DNA of 64,000 nt from Bdellovibrionales bacterium (GCA_031426555.1 JANPLN010000025.1:32001-96000), one strand, 5' to 3'. Positions 47,142-58,025 are shown, counted from the first letter of the stretch. Numbers and translations are program-made. Notes: a model not told the origin generated them from the sequence alone.

Positions 47142-48626
47142 CTAATTACCAGGCGCATACTCCAGAACAAGCCAGTTTTCGTTGCCTGAAAGGGCCTGGG
47201 GACGCAGTAGCGCCTGGCCTCCCACTTCGATGGCCGGCAACGGGGTGGCCCAACGAAAATCCTTCAGCGACGACGCCATCTGTTGGCCAAAAAAGCTCGC
47301 ACTCAAAAACTGAAATGGCCGAAACGTCTTTAAGTACAAATCACTCCATTTAAATTTTAAATTCATTTTTGGCTGATGAAATCCAAGAGCCAATTTTCCT
47401 TCATAAACCCGCAACCAGGCTTGTGACTGAAAGGGCGACGAAAAATTGCCATACTCACGAGCCCCCACACTCTCCGGTGTTTTTGTCAGTACAGACAGTT
47501 CTGTATTTAAAGAGAACCAAGCACTGCCCTTGTGGAGACTGCTCAGTTTGACCTCTGGTTTTTTCTTCGCGCCGAGTTCGAACGAAAAAGCAGCGTTTTT
47601 TCTAAAGTTGAGCAAATCAGGCCACAAAAAGAACTGAAACAAGCGACTGCGAAACAAGCTGGATAACCCAGGGATCTGTTGCGCAAGGTAGCTCTTGTAA
47701 AAAAAGCCGCTCTCGTGCAGTGACTCCACTAAAGCGGTAATATATTTTTGCGAAACAAAAAAGCCGTTTTGCGAAAGTTGCGAAAACTCTTCTTTGCTCA
47801 GACTGGCTTCGATGTATTTTTGCTCGTCCTTCGAATGTTTGATGTTAGCTTTTACAATACCCGCTAAAAGGAGTTGCCCAGTAACCTCATCCATCTCCAA
47901 GGCTTTCGGAGCGAGCACAACTTCGATGTCAGAATTGAGAGCCATTTGTTTTTCAGCAAACAACTGGGAATGAATGGACGCCACTTTTTTATCGATCTGT
48001 GATTGAAAAGGCTGCGTTAAAACGTCCTGCATTTTTTGCTTGTTGGATATAAAATCGCGCAGCTGTTCTTCGAGCGCTTGCTGATAGCCCTTGGGGCCTT
48101 CACACGCCTCCACACTCATCGTCCATCGTTGCTCGTTTTGCGATTCAAGACCCTGCAAAAACGCTCCCAGAGCCTGGTTCTTAACACCCAAGCGCACGCT
48201 TCCATTCAGTTCTAAGGCGTCCTCTGTGGTGATCACAAGATTGCGGCATTCCCCTTTTAAGTAAATAGTGGCTTGCACGCCACCCACATTTTTTTTGATC
48301 ACTGCGTCGGTTTTGATCTTTCCAATTTTTAAAGATCCCTTTTCTAAACGCAGCACATAACTATACTTGGTGGGTTCGACCGTCGGCTGCAATGTAAGAG
48401 CGTAAGCAAAATCCATCTGGATGTTTTCAGCAGAGGATTGGTATTCGCCTCCGATGTTCCAGGATGGAACGGTAAAACTTTCCGTCCCCATCAAAGGTTC
48501 TTTGAGCAGCGACGCTGTATAGCTCTGTGGCCCCACCGCAAAGTAGAAATCTGATGCTATTTGTACATCCGCTCGACATACGCTCCAAAACAACCAACAA
48601 CTGATAAAGAATAATATTTTAAACAT
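47142..48626 (-). CDS. Secreted hypothetical protein (possibly BPI/TULIP-like lipid-binding)
   Basis: Signal peptide; long beta strands plus a long amphipathic helix in two halves; Cys pair. Fold is inferred. Confidence 0.55.
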   Translation of the reverse strand: MFKILFFISCWLFWSVCRADVQIASDFYFAVGPQSYTASLLKEPLMGTESFTVPSWNIGGEYQSSAENIQMDFAYALTLQPTVEPTKYSYVLRLEKGSLKIGKIKTDAVIKKNVGGVQATIYLKGECRNLVITTEDALELNGSVRLGVKNQALGAFLQGLESQNEQRWTMSVEACEGPKGYQQALEEQLRDFISNKQKMQDVLTQPFQSQIDKKVASIHSQLFAEKQMALNSDIEVVLAPKALEMDEVTGQLLLAGIVKANIKHSKDEQKYIEASLSKEEFSQLSQNGFFVSQKYITALVESLHESGFFYKSYLAQQIPGLSSLFRSRLFQFFLWPDLLNFRKNAAFSFELGAKKKPEVKLSSLHKGSAWFSLNTELSVLTKTPESVGAREYGNFSSPFQSQAWLRVYEGKLALGFHQPKMNLKFKWSDLYLKTFRPFQFLSASFFGQQMASSLKDFRWATPLPAIEVGGQALLRPQALSGNENWLVLEYAPGN

Positions 48627-48761
48627 GCGCAGTTATCGGCAGGAAACTTCTGGACTAAAGTATCCGCCGAAGATTCCGTTAAGAACCTGACTCTAATACA
48701 AAAGGACAGCGTTCTGAAAACTATATGCACAAAAATTATTAAAAGAATCGGTAAAAGCAAG

Positions 48762-51700
48762 GTGTCAGCCATCGCTGTCTTCCTTTTGTTCATTATTCTG
48801 AACGTTTTCTTTTTTCAAAAAGTATTAAATATAAAAAGTCACTACTCCCTGGATCAGTTCCAACCCAAGGAGCACCCGCTCCTCACCATGGATCACAACG
48901 TCCGTGAGCGTTTTAAAATTTCTAATTCCTTACCTTATTTAGTGCTGTTACGTTCCACCACCGGCAAAAGTTGGATTCATGGGCAGTATATGGACGAACT
49001 TTCTCGTCTCACAAAGGAAATCAAAAAAATTCCCCAAGTTAAAAGTATTTTGAGTTTGGCAAATATCGAAACCGCTCTCACCGACGAAAGCAGTTTTAAT
49101 GTGGGGCGAATTAAAGACATCACGCAAAACGCCCAGCAACGGCAGCAATTCTTAAAAGACCCACTCCTTGCCCCGCATTTGATTTCGAACGACGGAAGAC
49201 ACACAGCTCTGGTCATCGAAACCAAAACCCTTTCGTTTAAAGAACAGCTTGTTTTTATGGACAAGATGAAAACAGTCACTTCAAGCAAACCGTCATTTTA
49301 TAATTCTGAAATTGGCGGTCCTCCAGCCATCAGCGCGCAGATGGCCAATTTGTTAGGTAGCGAGATCACCCTTTATTCTGCTCTTTCTTTATTTATTTCC
49401 CTGACGATACTTTTTGCAATTTTTAGAAATCCCAGCGTGTTAGTCATTAGCTTTGTGATCATTGTGACGTCGAACATCGTTGCGGTAGGGCTTCTTTCCT
49501 ACCTTGGCATTTCGTTAACGGTCCTCTCGAGCACGGTTCCCATCATCGTCACCCTCACGGCTCTCTCCATGACAACGCAGACCCTGTCTCGACTGGCCGA
49601 CTTTAAAGACAAGGTGCTCGAAAAGCATCGCCGCCTTGTGGTTTTTAAGGTGATGAAATCTCTACTGGGTTCGCACGTGATTGCAACAGTGACCACAATC
49701 ATGGGCTTTGCCACTCTGATCAGCTCCAAAATTCCAATTATCTCAGATTACGGAATCAGCGTGACGATTTCTATTTTGGCCACGGCCATCGTTTGTTTAT
49801 CATTACTCACTTTTTGTACGCTGATGTTTCCAATTCCCATTAAACGCAAAGCTCGTTTCTCTACCGACAGCATCGTGGAAGCCATGCTTGTTTACAGAAA
49901 GCCTTTATTTTGGGGAATTGCGTCGCTATCCGTCTGCGGTGGTATTCTTGGCGCCTATCTCAATTGGGCAACGCTTCTGTTTGACGATCTCCCAAAGCAG
50001 CATCCGGTAAAAGTCGCAACACTCTCGGCCGAAAAAAAGCTAGGAGGAGTGATCCCCCTCGAAATTTCTGTGGGCAGCACCACTTTAAAAGAACCCTGGA
50101 AACGGGCCGACAACATTCATAAACTTGATCGGTTAATCAAACAATGGAGACAACTGCCTGGTGTGGGCGGAGTGATTTCCTATTCGGACTTTATAAAGGC
50201 TACCAACCACAAACGTCAGATTGCTTCAAAAAACGAATCCATTGCGCAGACGTTGTTTATCTATTCTATGTCGAACAACAATCCCCTGGAACATTTCACA
50301 ACTCTCAACAATCAGTTCGTGCGCGTCTCCTTGCGAATTAAAGATATTCCCTCGGATCAAGTGCAACTGATGATTCAAGGTATAGTGAGCCAGCTGAACG
50401 AGTCCTTTCCAAAGATGGACGTTGAAACTTCGGGTCTCGCCGCCACCGTGCATCCCATCAACCAAAGCCTTTCCATGGATTTGATTTACGGTTTTTACAC
50501 GGCCATGCTCTGGATTATTTTGATGTTAATCTTCGTTTTTAGATCAGTGCGCTGGGCTCTAGTGTCGGCCATTCCAAATCTCGTTCCACCAGCACTGTTA
50601 CTGGGAATTCTGTCACTCACCAACACTCCCATTAAACCGGGAATCGCCATTATTTTTGCCATCTCTTTAGGAATTGCTTTTAACAACACGGTTTATATTT
50701 TAGGCAAGCTTAAAAAGATGACCAAAGATCTGACTTTTCGCGAACTCCCCATCGAACAACTGATGAAGGAAGAATTTGCCCCTTGTCTCCTCTCAAGCCT
50801 CGCCGTTATGGCAGGGTTCTCGGTATTTTTATTTTCCTATTTCAATATGAATCAGCTGTTTGGAACGTTTATGCTCCTTTCAGTTGTTGCAGGACTTTTG
50901 GGTGATCTAGTTCTTTTGCCAACCATGCTGTCTCTCTTCCCTGCGCTGCTATTAAAACCGATAATGAAAGAAACCCTATTCACATCTGCGAGGCTGTTCA
51001 TGCTCAAAAAACAAAAATACATTGTTGGTTCGTTTATCGTCTGTTGCGTTCTTGTCTACGGAAGTATTACCAAAGCAGCAACCCCTGATGCCATGGACAT
51101 TTTAAATAAGGTGGCAAAAGCTGGCACCACTGCCAACGAGCAGGCCGAAATTAAAATGAAAATCCAAGAGCCCGATGGCTCCGTTCGCGAACGCAGTTTG
51201 CTGATTAAAAAGAAACAACAAAAAGCCATGGTCAAACTGCTTAGCCCCTCTGACTTAAAGGGCGTGGGTCTGTTAACCGTTTCCAAGCAGGCCAACGACG
51301 AAGACCAATGGCTCTACTTGCCCACGGAAAAGCGCTCCCGCCGAATCACGGGCTCCAACAAAAAAGGACGCTTCCTCGACTCAGAACTCAGCTTCGAAGA
51401 CATGAGTGTTTCCACTTACAAAAATTTTACGAACACCGTTCTTGAGACAAAAAAACAAGGCGATAAAACCATCGCTCTGATTGAAAGCAAAGCCAAAAAG
51501 CAATCAGACTCCACTTATAGCAAGATTAAAACCTGGGTTGATATCACGCAGTACCGTATTTTAAAAGCCGAATACTACGATGAAGACGGCGAGCTGCTAA
51601 AGATTATGACGTTTAATAACTACAAAAAGTATCAATCATCGTGGCGCGCGCAAAACGTGACGGTGAAGAATGTGAAAAAGAACCGCGGGACCACTCTCGA

Positions 51701-51767
51701 GATAAAAAACATCTCCATGAAGAAGCTGCCCGATAGCGAATTCACCATCAGCGCCCTCGAGGAGTAA
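48762..51767 (+). CDS. MMPL/RND-family exporter fused to an outer-membrane lipoprotein-sorting (LolA-like) domain
   Basis: Two MMPL repeats (GFATL, NLVP, GDLVLLP), then F/L.SP.DLKG.GLL...DQWLYLP..KR.RRI...FLDSELSFEDM. Confidence 0.85.
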   Translation: MSAIAVFLLFIILNVFFFQKVLNIKSHYSLDQFQPKEHPLLTMDHNVRERFKISNSLPYLVLLRSTTGKSWIHGQYMDELSRLTKEIKKIPQVKSILSLANIETALTDESSFNVGRIKDITQNAQQRQQFLKDPLLAPHLISNDGRHTALVIETKTLSFKEQLVFMDKMKTVTSSKPSFYNSEIGGPPAISAQMANLLGSEITLYSALSLFISLTILFAIFRNPSVLVISFVIIVTSNIVAVGLLSYLGISLTVLSSTVPIIVTLTALSMTTQTLSRLADFKDKVLEKHRRLVVFKVMKSLLGSHVIATVTTIMGFATLISSKIPIISDYGISVTISILATAIVCLSLLTFCTLMFPIPIKRKARFSTDSIVEAMLVYRKPLFWGIASLSVCGGILGAYLNWATLLFDDLPKQHPVKVATLSAEKKLGGVIPLEISVGSTTLKEPWKRADNIHKLDRLIKQWRQLPGVGGVISYSDFIKATNHKRQIASKNESIAQTLFIYSMSNNNPLEHFTTLNNQFVRVSLRIKDIPSDQVQLMIQGIVSQLNESFPKMDVETSGLAATVHPINQSLSMDLIYGFYTAMLWIILMLIFVFRSVRWALVSAIPNLVPPALLLGILSLTNTPIKPGIAIIFAISLGIAFNNTVYILGKLKKMTKDLTFRELPIEQLMKEEFAPCLLSSLAVMAGFSVFLFSYFNMNQLFGTFMLLSVVAGLLGDLVLLPTMLSLFPALLLKPIMKETLFTSARLFMLKKQKYIVGSFIVCCVLVYGSITKAATPDAMDILNKVAKAGTTANEQAEIKMKIQEPDGSVRERSLLIKKKQQKAMVKLLSPSDLKGVGLLTVSKQANDEDQWLYLPTEKRSRRITGSNKKGRFLDSELSFEDMSVSTYKNFTNTVLETKKQGDKTIALIESKAKKQSDSTYSKIKTWVDITQYRILKAEYYDEDGELLKIMTFNNYKKYQSSWRAQNVTVKNVKKNRGTTLEIKNISMKKLPDSEFTISALEE

Positions 51768-51784
51768 ATAGGTCCTGGCACCGC

Positions 51785-52648
51785 TTAGAAGTAAAACGTA
51801 GAGCCAATCGAATAGCGGGTTGTTTGCGAATCGTAGGTGAACAATTCGTAACGACCATCGATAATATAATTGTCGCCTTGCGAGTATCCCAAATACATAC
51901 CAAACTTGTCGGTGAAGGAATAATTCGCCGATAGATCAATGCTGTAGCGGCCACCCGGGTTTTCTTCAACCCACCCATTAAAGTTGGTGCTGGTGTCGTA
52001 CTCGCTGGCGGATTCATTCACGACGGAATACGAAAGGGTGGCGTTGAGTGAAAAGTTGTCTGTGACGTTGTAAGAGTTCACCATCGTTACACCGTACAAA
52101 AACAGCGCGAGCGGCCTCCCGCCTAGTTCGCCTTCTCCCGTCACATTGTAACGATACCAATTGTACCGATAGAAGGGTCGCAAGCTCACAAGCATCTTGC
52201 CGCGAATCATCGTGTTGATTTGCACCGTCTGCCCCACGGTCAGATACTTTTGATTGTCTTGAGATTCGATGGAGGTTGGTAAATTAAGCACGTTCACTAA
52301 ACGGAAGCGTGTTCCCGTCTGTTCAACCGTCCACGGCATGTTCCAAAAATGCGAAACAATGGTGTCTGACGGCGACCATTCATTTTCTCCCCGAGTTCCG
52401 CCCACTTCATAATTTTTGGTCGGTGCCTGTAGCACCCGAAGTGAGTGTTGTTGATTGAGCTGATAGTCAAAAAACGTCGTTATGTCCGTCGCAGCAAATT
52501 GATCATCTCGGGCGGCAGGCTGATGGTTCACATCAAAAAGAATATGCCATTTTTTCGCCTGCGCCTGGTTGGTCACATCACTCGTCGCCACATTCGCAGC
52601 TTGAGCGATGGATCCCAACAAAAATAAAACGCAAAAACTTCTTATCAA
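51785..52648 (-). CDS. Outer-membrane beta-barrel hypothetical protein
   Basis: Signal peptide; aromatic alternating strands; C-terminal IGSTFYF. Confidence 0.65.
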   Translation of the reverse strand: MIRSFCVLFLLGSIAQAANVATSDVTNQAQAKKWHILFDVNHQPAARDDQFAATDITTFFDYQLNQQHSLRVLQAPTKNYEVGGTRGENEWSPSDTIVSHFWNMPWTVEQTGTRFRLVNVLNLPTSIESQDNQKYLTVGQTVQINTMIRGKMLVSLRPFYRYNWYRYNVTGEGELGGRPLALFLYGVTMVNSYNVTDNFSLNATLSYSVVNESASEYDTSTNFNGWVEENPGGRYSIDLSANYSFTDKFGMYLGYSQGDNYIIDGRYELFTYDSQTTRYSIGSTFYF

Positions 52649-55600
52649 AGCAGTCCCCCGCTCATGATAGAGTAGATGTAATAAAGCTCTTGGAGATCTA
52701 GCTTTCCTTCAACCGTTGAAAGTTGGGAATCTTCATCCTGTTTGATTCCTTTATAGATATCAAATGCGTAAGGGCTGCCCTGCTTGGAGAACATATAGTA
52801 ATTGGAATTCACTCCAACAATAGCCACTTCCTCGCCCGGTTTAAAATCAAAATCCTTCGACGTTTTTAATGTGACAAGGTTGGCTACTTTGTCATTCTCG
52901 TTTTCAAACTTGTAATCAAAGTAATCAGCCAGCTCTAAAATCGTGAAGCGCTTGATTTTGATTTTCTCGATAAAGCTTTCCATGGCTCGGTTTGAAAAAT
53001 TCATCGCCGACTGCGCGTACAATTGACGTCCGTAGGAAATAAACCATGGCTCCATATCCACCCGCTGAGTCACAATGTTCTCCAACACCTTATGCATCAA
53101 CGATTCAAACTCAGGATGATTGATATACGTCATATACGAAGCATACAGCTGCACACGATTTGGGTTGTAATAAATCTGATCATCGCCCGCCAAAAAGTAC
53201 ATGGCTGCCAATTTATCATTAGCAATACCCATTCTTTGTAAAGCTCCAGAGCCCAACTCATAAACACTGCGATACGGTTTATCGGTGTTCTTTTGTGTGA
53301 GCACTGACTGGAAAAACGCGATGGCCAACTTATTCGCTTGTTTAAGCTCTCGATCAAAAGAGATCAAGATGTCATCTTGCTCAAACTTGTTGTTAATGTT
53401 CATTTCTTTTAGAACATCTTTTACGTTGGTATCGTAAAATGCTCCCCGCCACATGGGTAGGAACTCCTTCATCTCTTTCATCAGAGTCAAAATGCCGCGC
53501 ATGTAACCCGAGGTGTACCAGTACTGGCGATCAAAACGGTAGTTCCGAGTGTAGTATCCGTCTTCGTAGGTGTCGATCAACGACATCATGATTTCTGTTG
53601 GCGTTGATCCGATGTCGAAGCGATTGCAAACTGCACTGGTGATCGTGTGCTCATCCGAGCAGTACAAGTAATGCTTTTTATCAAAATCATCGATTTTGCC
53701 AGAGCTGTAGGCGAAGGCGAGAGCCGCCACGTCGTAGGGCTCCCAATCTTGCGTTGTGAAGAACTCATCTTGCAAACGAAGATAGTCCATCACCGACGAA
53801 GAAACTGTGGGCCAGTAAACAGGATTTCCGCTGCCATCAACAACGCCAACCGTTTTTTCGATAATCGGGCGACCATCTTCGAGCTTCAAACTGCCATCCG
53901 CTTTTTTCGCAAACACCGCTTCAAATTTAGGTACAGAAGGCTGCAAAAAGTTTTTCTTATCCACAGATCCGTAAAAATTATGGCGAAGATTCAGGTTGTG
54001 ACCCAACTCATGAATAGATGTGCGGTAAATAATATTTTCCGCAATTTTATCCGTTGAAAAACCATGAATAAAATACTGCTCAACGCCAGCAAAGGAGCCT
54101 TCCATGGAAAGCTTGCAATGGCCGCGATAGTTTTGGCGCACTGATTCTAACTCATGCTTTTCGTACTCACCCATCTCGTAAGTGAGCTGTTTTAGAGCGT
54201 TCACATCCAAACTTTTTAAATGAGCTGGGAGATTTTTGTTCAACACAGAATCTTCGATGGCTGTGTAGCTGATAATTCCCGATGGTGGCTGGAGAGTCAT
54301 AGACTGCTCGAGTTCCGTCTTCATCATTTCGTTGAGTTTGTGGGGAAGAAGATGCTTTTCGATCCCCTTCACACCCATAAGACCCTGCGGTGTTAACTTT
54401 TGTTCAACAAAACCATCTTCGCTGGGAGTATCGACAACCACTTCGACCGGGCCCACTGTGCCCTGGGTAAACATATTCCAACCTGGGTATGTGTACACAG
54501 TGTGAGTCATCATTTTGTCGTACACTTTATCCAAAGTGGCGCTGCCCCACTCCGATGTGGCCCACTGTGAAGGATCTGGTTGCTCTAAAAGTTCCTTCAT
54601 GTCTTTGTAGAGAGTGGACGTATTCCATTTCAATTGCGATTGTAGATCAGCTTCCGAAGCGTCGCGGAAATAGCTGAGTTCTAAACGGCGCAGATAATTC
54701 GTGATCATACCCGACCACACGTTGAGATTCGCCGAAATGATTTCCCCAGTGAATGGATCCGCATCTGATGGGCCATAGCCCAGTGGTGCACTTGGATCCA
54801 GCTCTTCCACCAAGTTTACAAATGAGTAACGAAGATCGCCGAATTCTTTCGCTACGCCTGTGCGAGCTTCTGTTTTGGGATCAAAATCGTTCTCTTTGAC
54901 ATAGAAACGTATTGGCAAGCCTTTGTTAATAAAGACCTGATTTGTTTTCTTGAAGATATCTTCAAAAATATATTTGTATTTTTGGGGGAAATCTTTGGTG
55001 TAGTAAAAATAGTGGGCTTTTTCAGGATGCCAGCGGTTCACCAAAAACAGGTTTCTTTTCTCGCCATTGACAAGCTCTTCCTTGGTGGACTGAAAGTATC
55101 CATACTTGCGCATCCGTGGATCTTGCTCCCCCGCGTAAACCATGGGCTCGTAATCCGTTTTTTCGACTTTGCGGAAAGAGTATCTGTATTGAACCGAATA
55201 GTTGATCTGCCCGTTGATGGAGTTGTCTACAGAGGGGCACGAACGTTTATAAAGCACCTCAACCACAAAACTAATGTAGCCCGGCTCCATGGTATAAGTG
55301 TTGTCAACACGGCGACGGGTCTGCTCTTCCCAGCATCGCCCAAGGTCGCCAATCAAAGCGCCCTCTTCGGTAACGTCTGCCACAGCGAAGTCGATTTTAA
55401 TAAAGTTTTTTTGATCCCATTTTTTAATATCGTCTTCGATTTCCTTGTTGATGGTCTTTCCATCAACTTGTTGAAGAGCCGCTTGGTGATGCGTGATGGG
55501 CCACGAATACACAATGGGACTCCCAGTGAGCGATGTTTCCCGGCCTCGATAAGCGCCTTGAATGCTCTTAAAGAGAAGGTTTTTTTCGGTAAAATCAAAA

Positions 55601-55836
55601 TATCCTACGCGCAGATCCGATTGGTAGCCGGCAAAAATAAAACCGCCATCCAAAGAGTTTTGCACAACTGTGATTTTTGAATAGTAGGCATCGCGTGTGT
55701 CCGATGTCGTTCCCAAAAGAGAGTTTTTCGAAACCCAGTCTTTTTTAATTTCGGGACGTAGACCATCCACTCCACGATTTCGCGAGCAGGCAACAAAAGA
55801 TAAACCAATGAGTAATAGAAGACCTAAGTTTTTCAT
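52645..55836 (-). CDS. Zinc-dependent metalloprotease lipoprotein (metzincin, EcxA/DUF4953-like)
   Basis: FVAC lipobox, GDLRYS, GYGPS.ADPFTGEIISA, HELGHNLNLRHNF, Met-turn SSVMDY. Confidence 0.88.
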   Translation of the reverse strand: MKNLGLLLLIGLSFVACSRNRGVDGLRPEIKKDWVSKNSLLGTTSDTRDAYYSKITVVQNSLDGGFIFAGYQSDLRVGYFDFTEKNLLFKSIQGAYRGRETSLTGSPIVYSWPITHHQAALQQVDGKTINKEIEDDIKKWDQKNFIKIDFAVADVTEEGALIGDLGRCWEEQTRRRVDNTYTMEPGYISFVVEVLYKRSCPSVDNSINGQINYSVQYRYSFRKVEKTDYEPMVYAGEQDPRMRKYGYFQSTKEELVNGEKRNLFLVNRWHPEKAHYFYYTKDFPQKYKYIFEDIFKKTNQVFINKGLPIRFYVKENDFDPKTEARTGVAKEFGDLRYSFVNLVEELDPSAPLGYGPSDADPFTGEIISANLNVWSGMITNYLRRLELSYFRDASEADLQSQLKWNTSTLYKDMKELLEQPDPSQWATSEWGSATLDKVYDKMMTHTVYTYPGWNMFTQGTVGPVEVVVDTPSEDGFVEQKLTPQGLMGVKGIEKHLLPHKLNEMMKTELEQSMTLQPPSGIISYTAIEDSVLNKNLPAHLKSLDVNALKQLTYEMGEYEKHELESVRQNYRGHCKLSMEGSFAGVEQYFIHGFSTDKIAENIIYRTSIHELGHNLNLRHNFYGSVDKKNFLQPSVPKFEAVFAKKADGSLKLEDGRPIIEKTVGVVDGSGNPVYWPTVSSSVMDYLRLQDEFFTTQDWEPYDVAALAFAYSSGKIDDFDKKHYLYCSDEHTITSAVCNRFDIGSTPTEIMMSLIDTYEDGYYTRNYRFDRQYWYTSGYMRGILTLMKEMKEFLPMWRGAFYDTNVKDVLKEMNINNKFEQDDILISFDRELKQANKLAIAFFQSVLTQKNTDKPYRSVYELGSGALQRMGIANDKLAAMYFLAGDDQIYYNPNRVQLYASYMTYINHPEFESLMHKVLENIVTQRVDMEPWFISYGRQLYAQSAMNFSNRAMESFIEKIKIKRFTILELADYFDYKFENENDKVANLVTLKTSKDFDFKPGEEVAIVGVNSNYYMFSKQGSPYAFDIYKGIKQDEDSQLSTVEGKLDLQELYYIYSIMSGGLL

Positions 55837-58025
55837 TATTGAACCTCGTTGTTCGGTGCGTAGATTGTGGCAGAAACCATCTCTTCTTGATCAAATCCGA
55901 TACGCAAACGGTCGTTGGGGAAGTAGACGTTCACCAATCGACCATTTCCGCCGGTGTCTTTTTTGCTCAAGTAAACACAACCTGGAATTTTTGCTAACTC
56001 TGCAATAAATTTAGAACTGTTCATCCCAAACTCGGGGGCAAATTTTTGCCCACAAAGGTCAAGAATTTTTGTGCTATTTAACTGAGTCGTCACACTGACA
56101 ACTTTGTAAATACGCGTCGGAGGAAAGGCTTCTTCTTTCACAAGCTTCATTCCCACACCGATGTTAAGACTTCCAAAATTCGCATAGGCCACATCTTGAG
56201 GCATTTCTTTCTCGGGGCTAAAGGACACATCAATGGTGGCACGATCACTGTAACCCGCGCGCACTTTAGGATAAAATAACAGTAGGTCCTCATCTCTTTT
56301 CATGCCGCTTTGAACTTCAATACTGGCTTCGCTGCGTCCCAAGTCCCAATCGGTCACATTCACTTGGTCGCCAATAGCCACTCCAGAAAGTTCTGTAAAT
56401 GTGGATAGCTTGCCAGGCACCATCACTGGTGACCCGTCGGGGTTCTTTAATTCTTTACCGGTTACAGCTGAAATTGCAGGGACCACGCCTGTGACCTTTT
56501 CGATGGGTGATGCAATCTCACCAAAAATTAACGGATCCAGTGCATTGAACTCACCACCCAGTTTGATCATTATAAAACTGGTTAGATTTCCTTGCTCTTC
56601 TTCGGCACCGAACTGAATAAACAAACCATCATTGGCCGTTTTGTCGTAGACGATAATATTTGCCGTGTATTCTTTAATCTCTGGTCGTTGAAAAGCCCCT
56701 ATAAAGCGCGTCACCACGACGGCGCTGGGATAGGTTGTCTTCATCTCTGCAGCGATCAAGTCTTTGAGTTTTTCAACAAAAGAACGAACGTTTTTGGGGT
56801 TCAGACCGAGGCTGATTTTTAAGGGTTGTTCTCGGCGATCCACAGTTTCTTGAAACGACGTGATCTCGCCCACCGCTGACGCTCGGACCTCCACACCACT
56901 CGCGGTCTCTGTCACCACGATCTGGCGATTTCCTAAAGTGATCGCATTTGGGTAGCCACTCCAAACCTGAATCACATTCATCTTATCGCTGGCTAAGGGT
57001 TGTAAAGCGCTGCGATCAAAAACAGTTTTTTGATAAGCCAAAGCTGTACCGTTATAGCTGCGACTGAAAGAGTCATAGGACACGCTGGTTTTAACTCTCT
57101 GGAGCACCAAAGGATCTGCAATAAGATCCGAAATTTTTTGTTCGATATCAGCATAGGTCTGACCTAGCTCGATGGTCGCGGCAACCGGCGTCGGAGTTGC
57201 TGCTTGATTGGGTATGAGCAAACTACCGGTCAAAAGATTTAAATCAAAAGCGAGCGTGGGTTTAGGATCTAACAGTCGCGATATGTAGACAACGAAGCGA
57301 TCTTTGCTGATCAGCCAAGACATTTTTCCAGAAATCGAAAACACAAAATCTTTTTGCGATTTATTACCCCAGATAACTTGGCATGTGTTCTCGGAAAGAC
57401 AATTATAAGTCTCCGAGGTTTTTTCCATGATTCTGTAATAATCGACCGCGATCTCTTGGGCACCTTCGAGAGTATCCACTTTGTAACCAAGTCGGCCAAA
57501 ATCAAAACCCATTTTGATCGGTTGTAACGGTGTTGGCATTGGAATTTCGCCTAGATAATCTTGCTGAGTTTGAATAAAAATCGGCGTGCGTGGAGTTTCT
57601 TCGCGCCATACAATATAGAGTCCTTCGTAGTAAAGGGCATTCCCGTTCACATCGGGACCATAGCTGGCGCGCGATAGCAACTTCTTCTCTTCGACTTCGT
57701 CCAGAGTTGTATCAAAGGTAATTCCACCGGCACCTTTGCCGTAAAGAATCGGCAGCGACGATGTGGCTTTGATTTTTGCATCGTAGGCAAATCCGCCTTC
57801 GGCATCTTCCGTCGAAATCGGCATTTCCAAAAGATCTTTTGCCGAAACTTGTTTGCCATTCACTTCGATCACTAAAGCTTTTTCATATTGCTGATCGGTA
57901 GGAACAGCCTTCTCAAGCACTATCGGAGCTGGAGTCGGTGCTTTGGTGTCGTACGCTTTCGGCGATTTTGAGCAAGCGGCAAGACTCGCCAACGCAAAAA
58001 ACAGAAATATTGATTTTATAGACAT
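55836..58025 (-). CDS. Large hypothetical lipoprotein
   Basis: LAAC lipobox; 729 aa; stop overlaps the protease start. Confidence 0.7.
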   Translation of the reverse strand: MSIKSIFLFFALASLAACSKSPKAYDTKAPTPAPIVLEKAVPTDQQYEKALVIEVNGKQVSAKDLLEMPISTEDAEGGFAYDAKIKATSSLPILYGKGAGGITFDTTLDEVEEKKLLSRASYGPDVNGNALYYEGLYIVWREETPRTPIFIQTQQDYLGEIPMPTPLQPIKMGFDFGRLGYKVDTLEGAQEIAVDYYRIMEKTSETYNCLSENTCQVIWGNKSQKDFVFSISGKMSWLISKDRFVVYISRLLDPKPTLAFDLNLLTGSLLIPNQAATPTPVAATIELGQTYADIEQKISDLIADPLVLQRVKTSVSYDSFSRSYNGTALAYQKTVFDRSALQPLASDKMNVIQVWSGYPNAITLGNRQIVVTETASGVEVRASAVGEITSFQETVDRREQPLKISLGLNPKNVRSFVEKLKDLIAAEMKTTYPSAVVVTRFIGAFQRPEIKEYTANIIVYDKTANDGLFIQFGAEEEQGNLTSFIMIKLGGEFNALDPLIFGEIASPIEKVTGVVPAISAVTGKELKNPDGSPVMVPGKLSTFTELSGVAIGDQVNVTDWDLGRSEASIEVQSGMKRDEDLLLFYPKVRAGYSDRATIDVSFSPEKEMPQDVAYANFGSLNIGVGMKLVKEEAFPPTRIYKVVSVTTQLNSTKILDLCGQKFAPEFGMNSSKFIAELAKIPGCVYLSKKDTGGNGRLVNVYFPNDRLRIGFDQEEMVSATIYAPNNEVQ

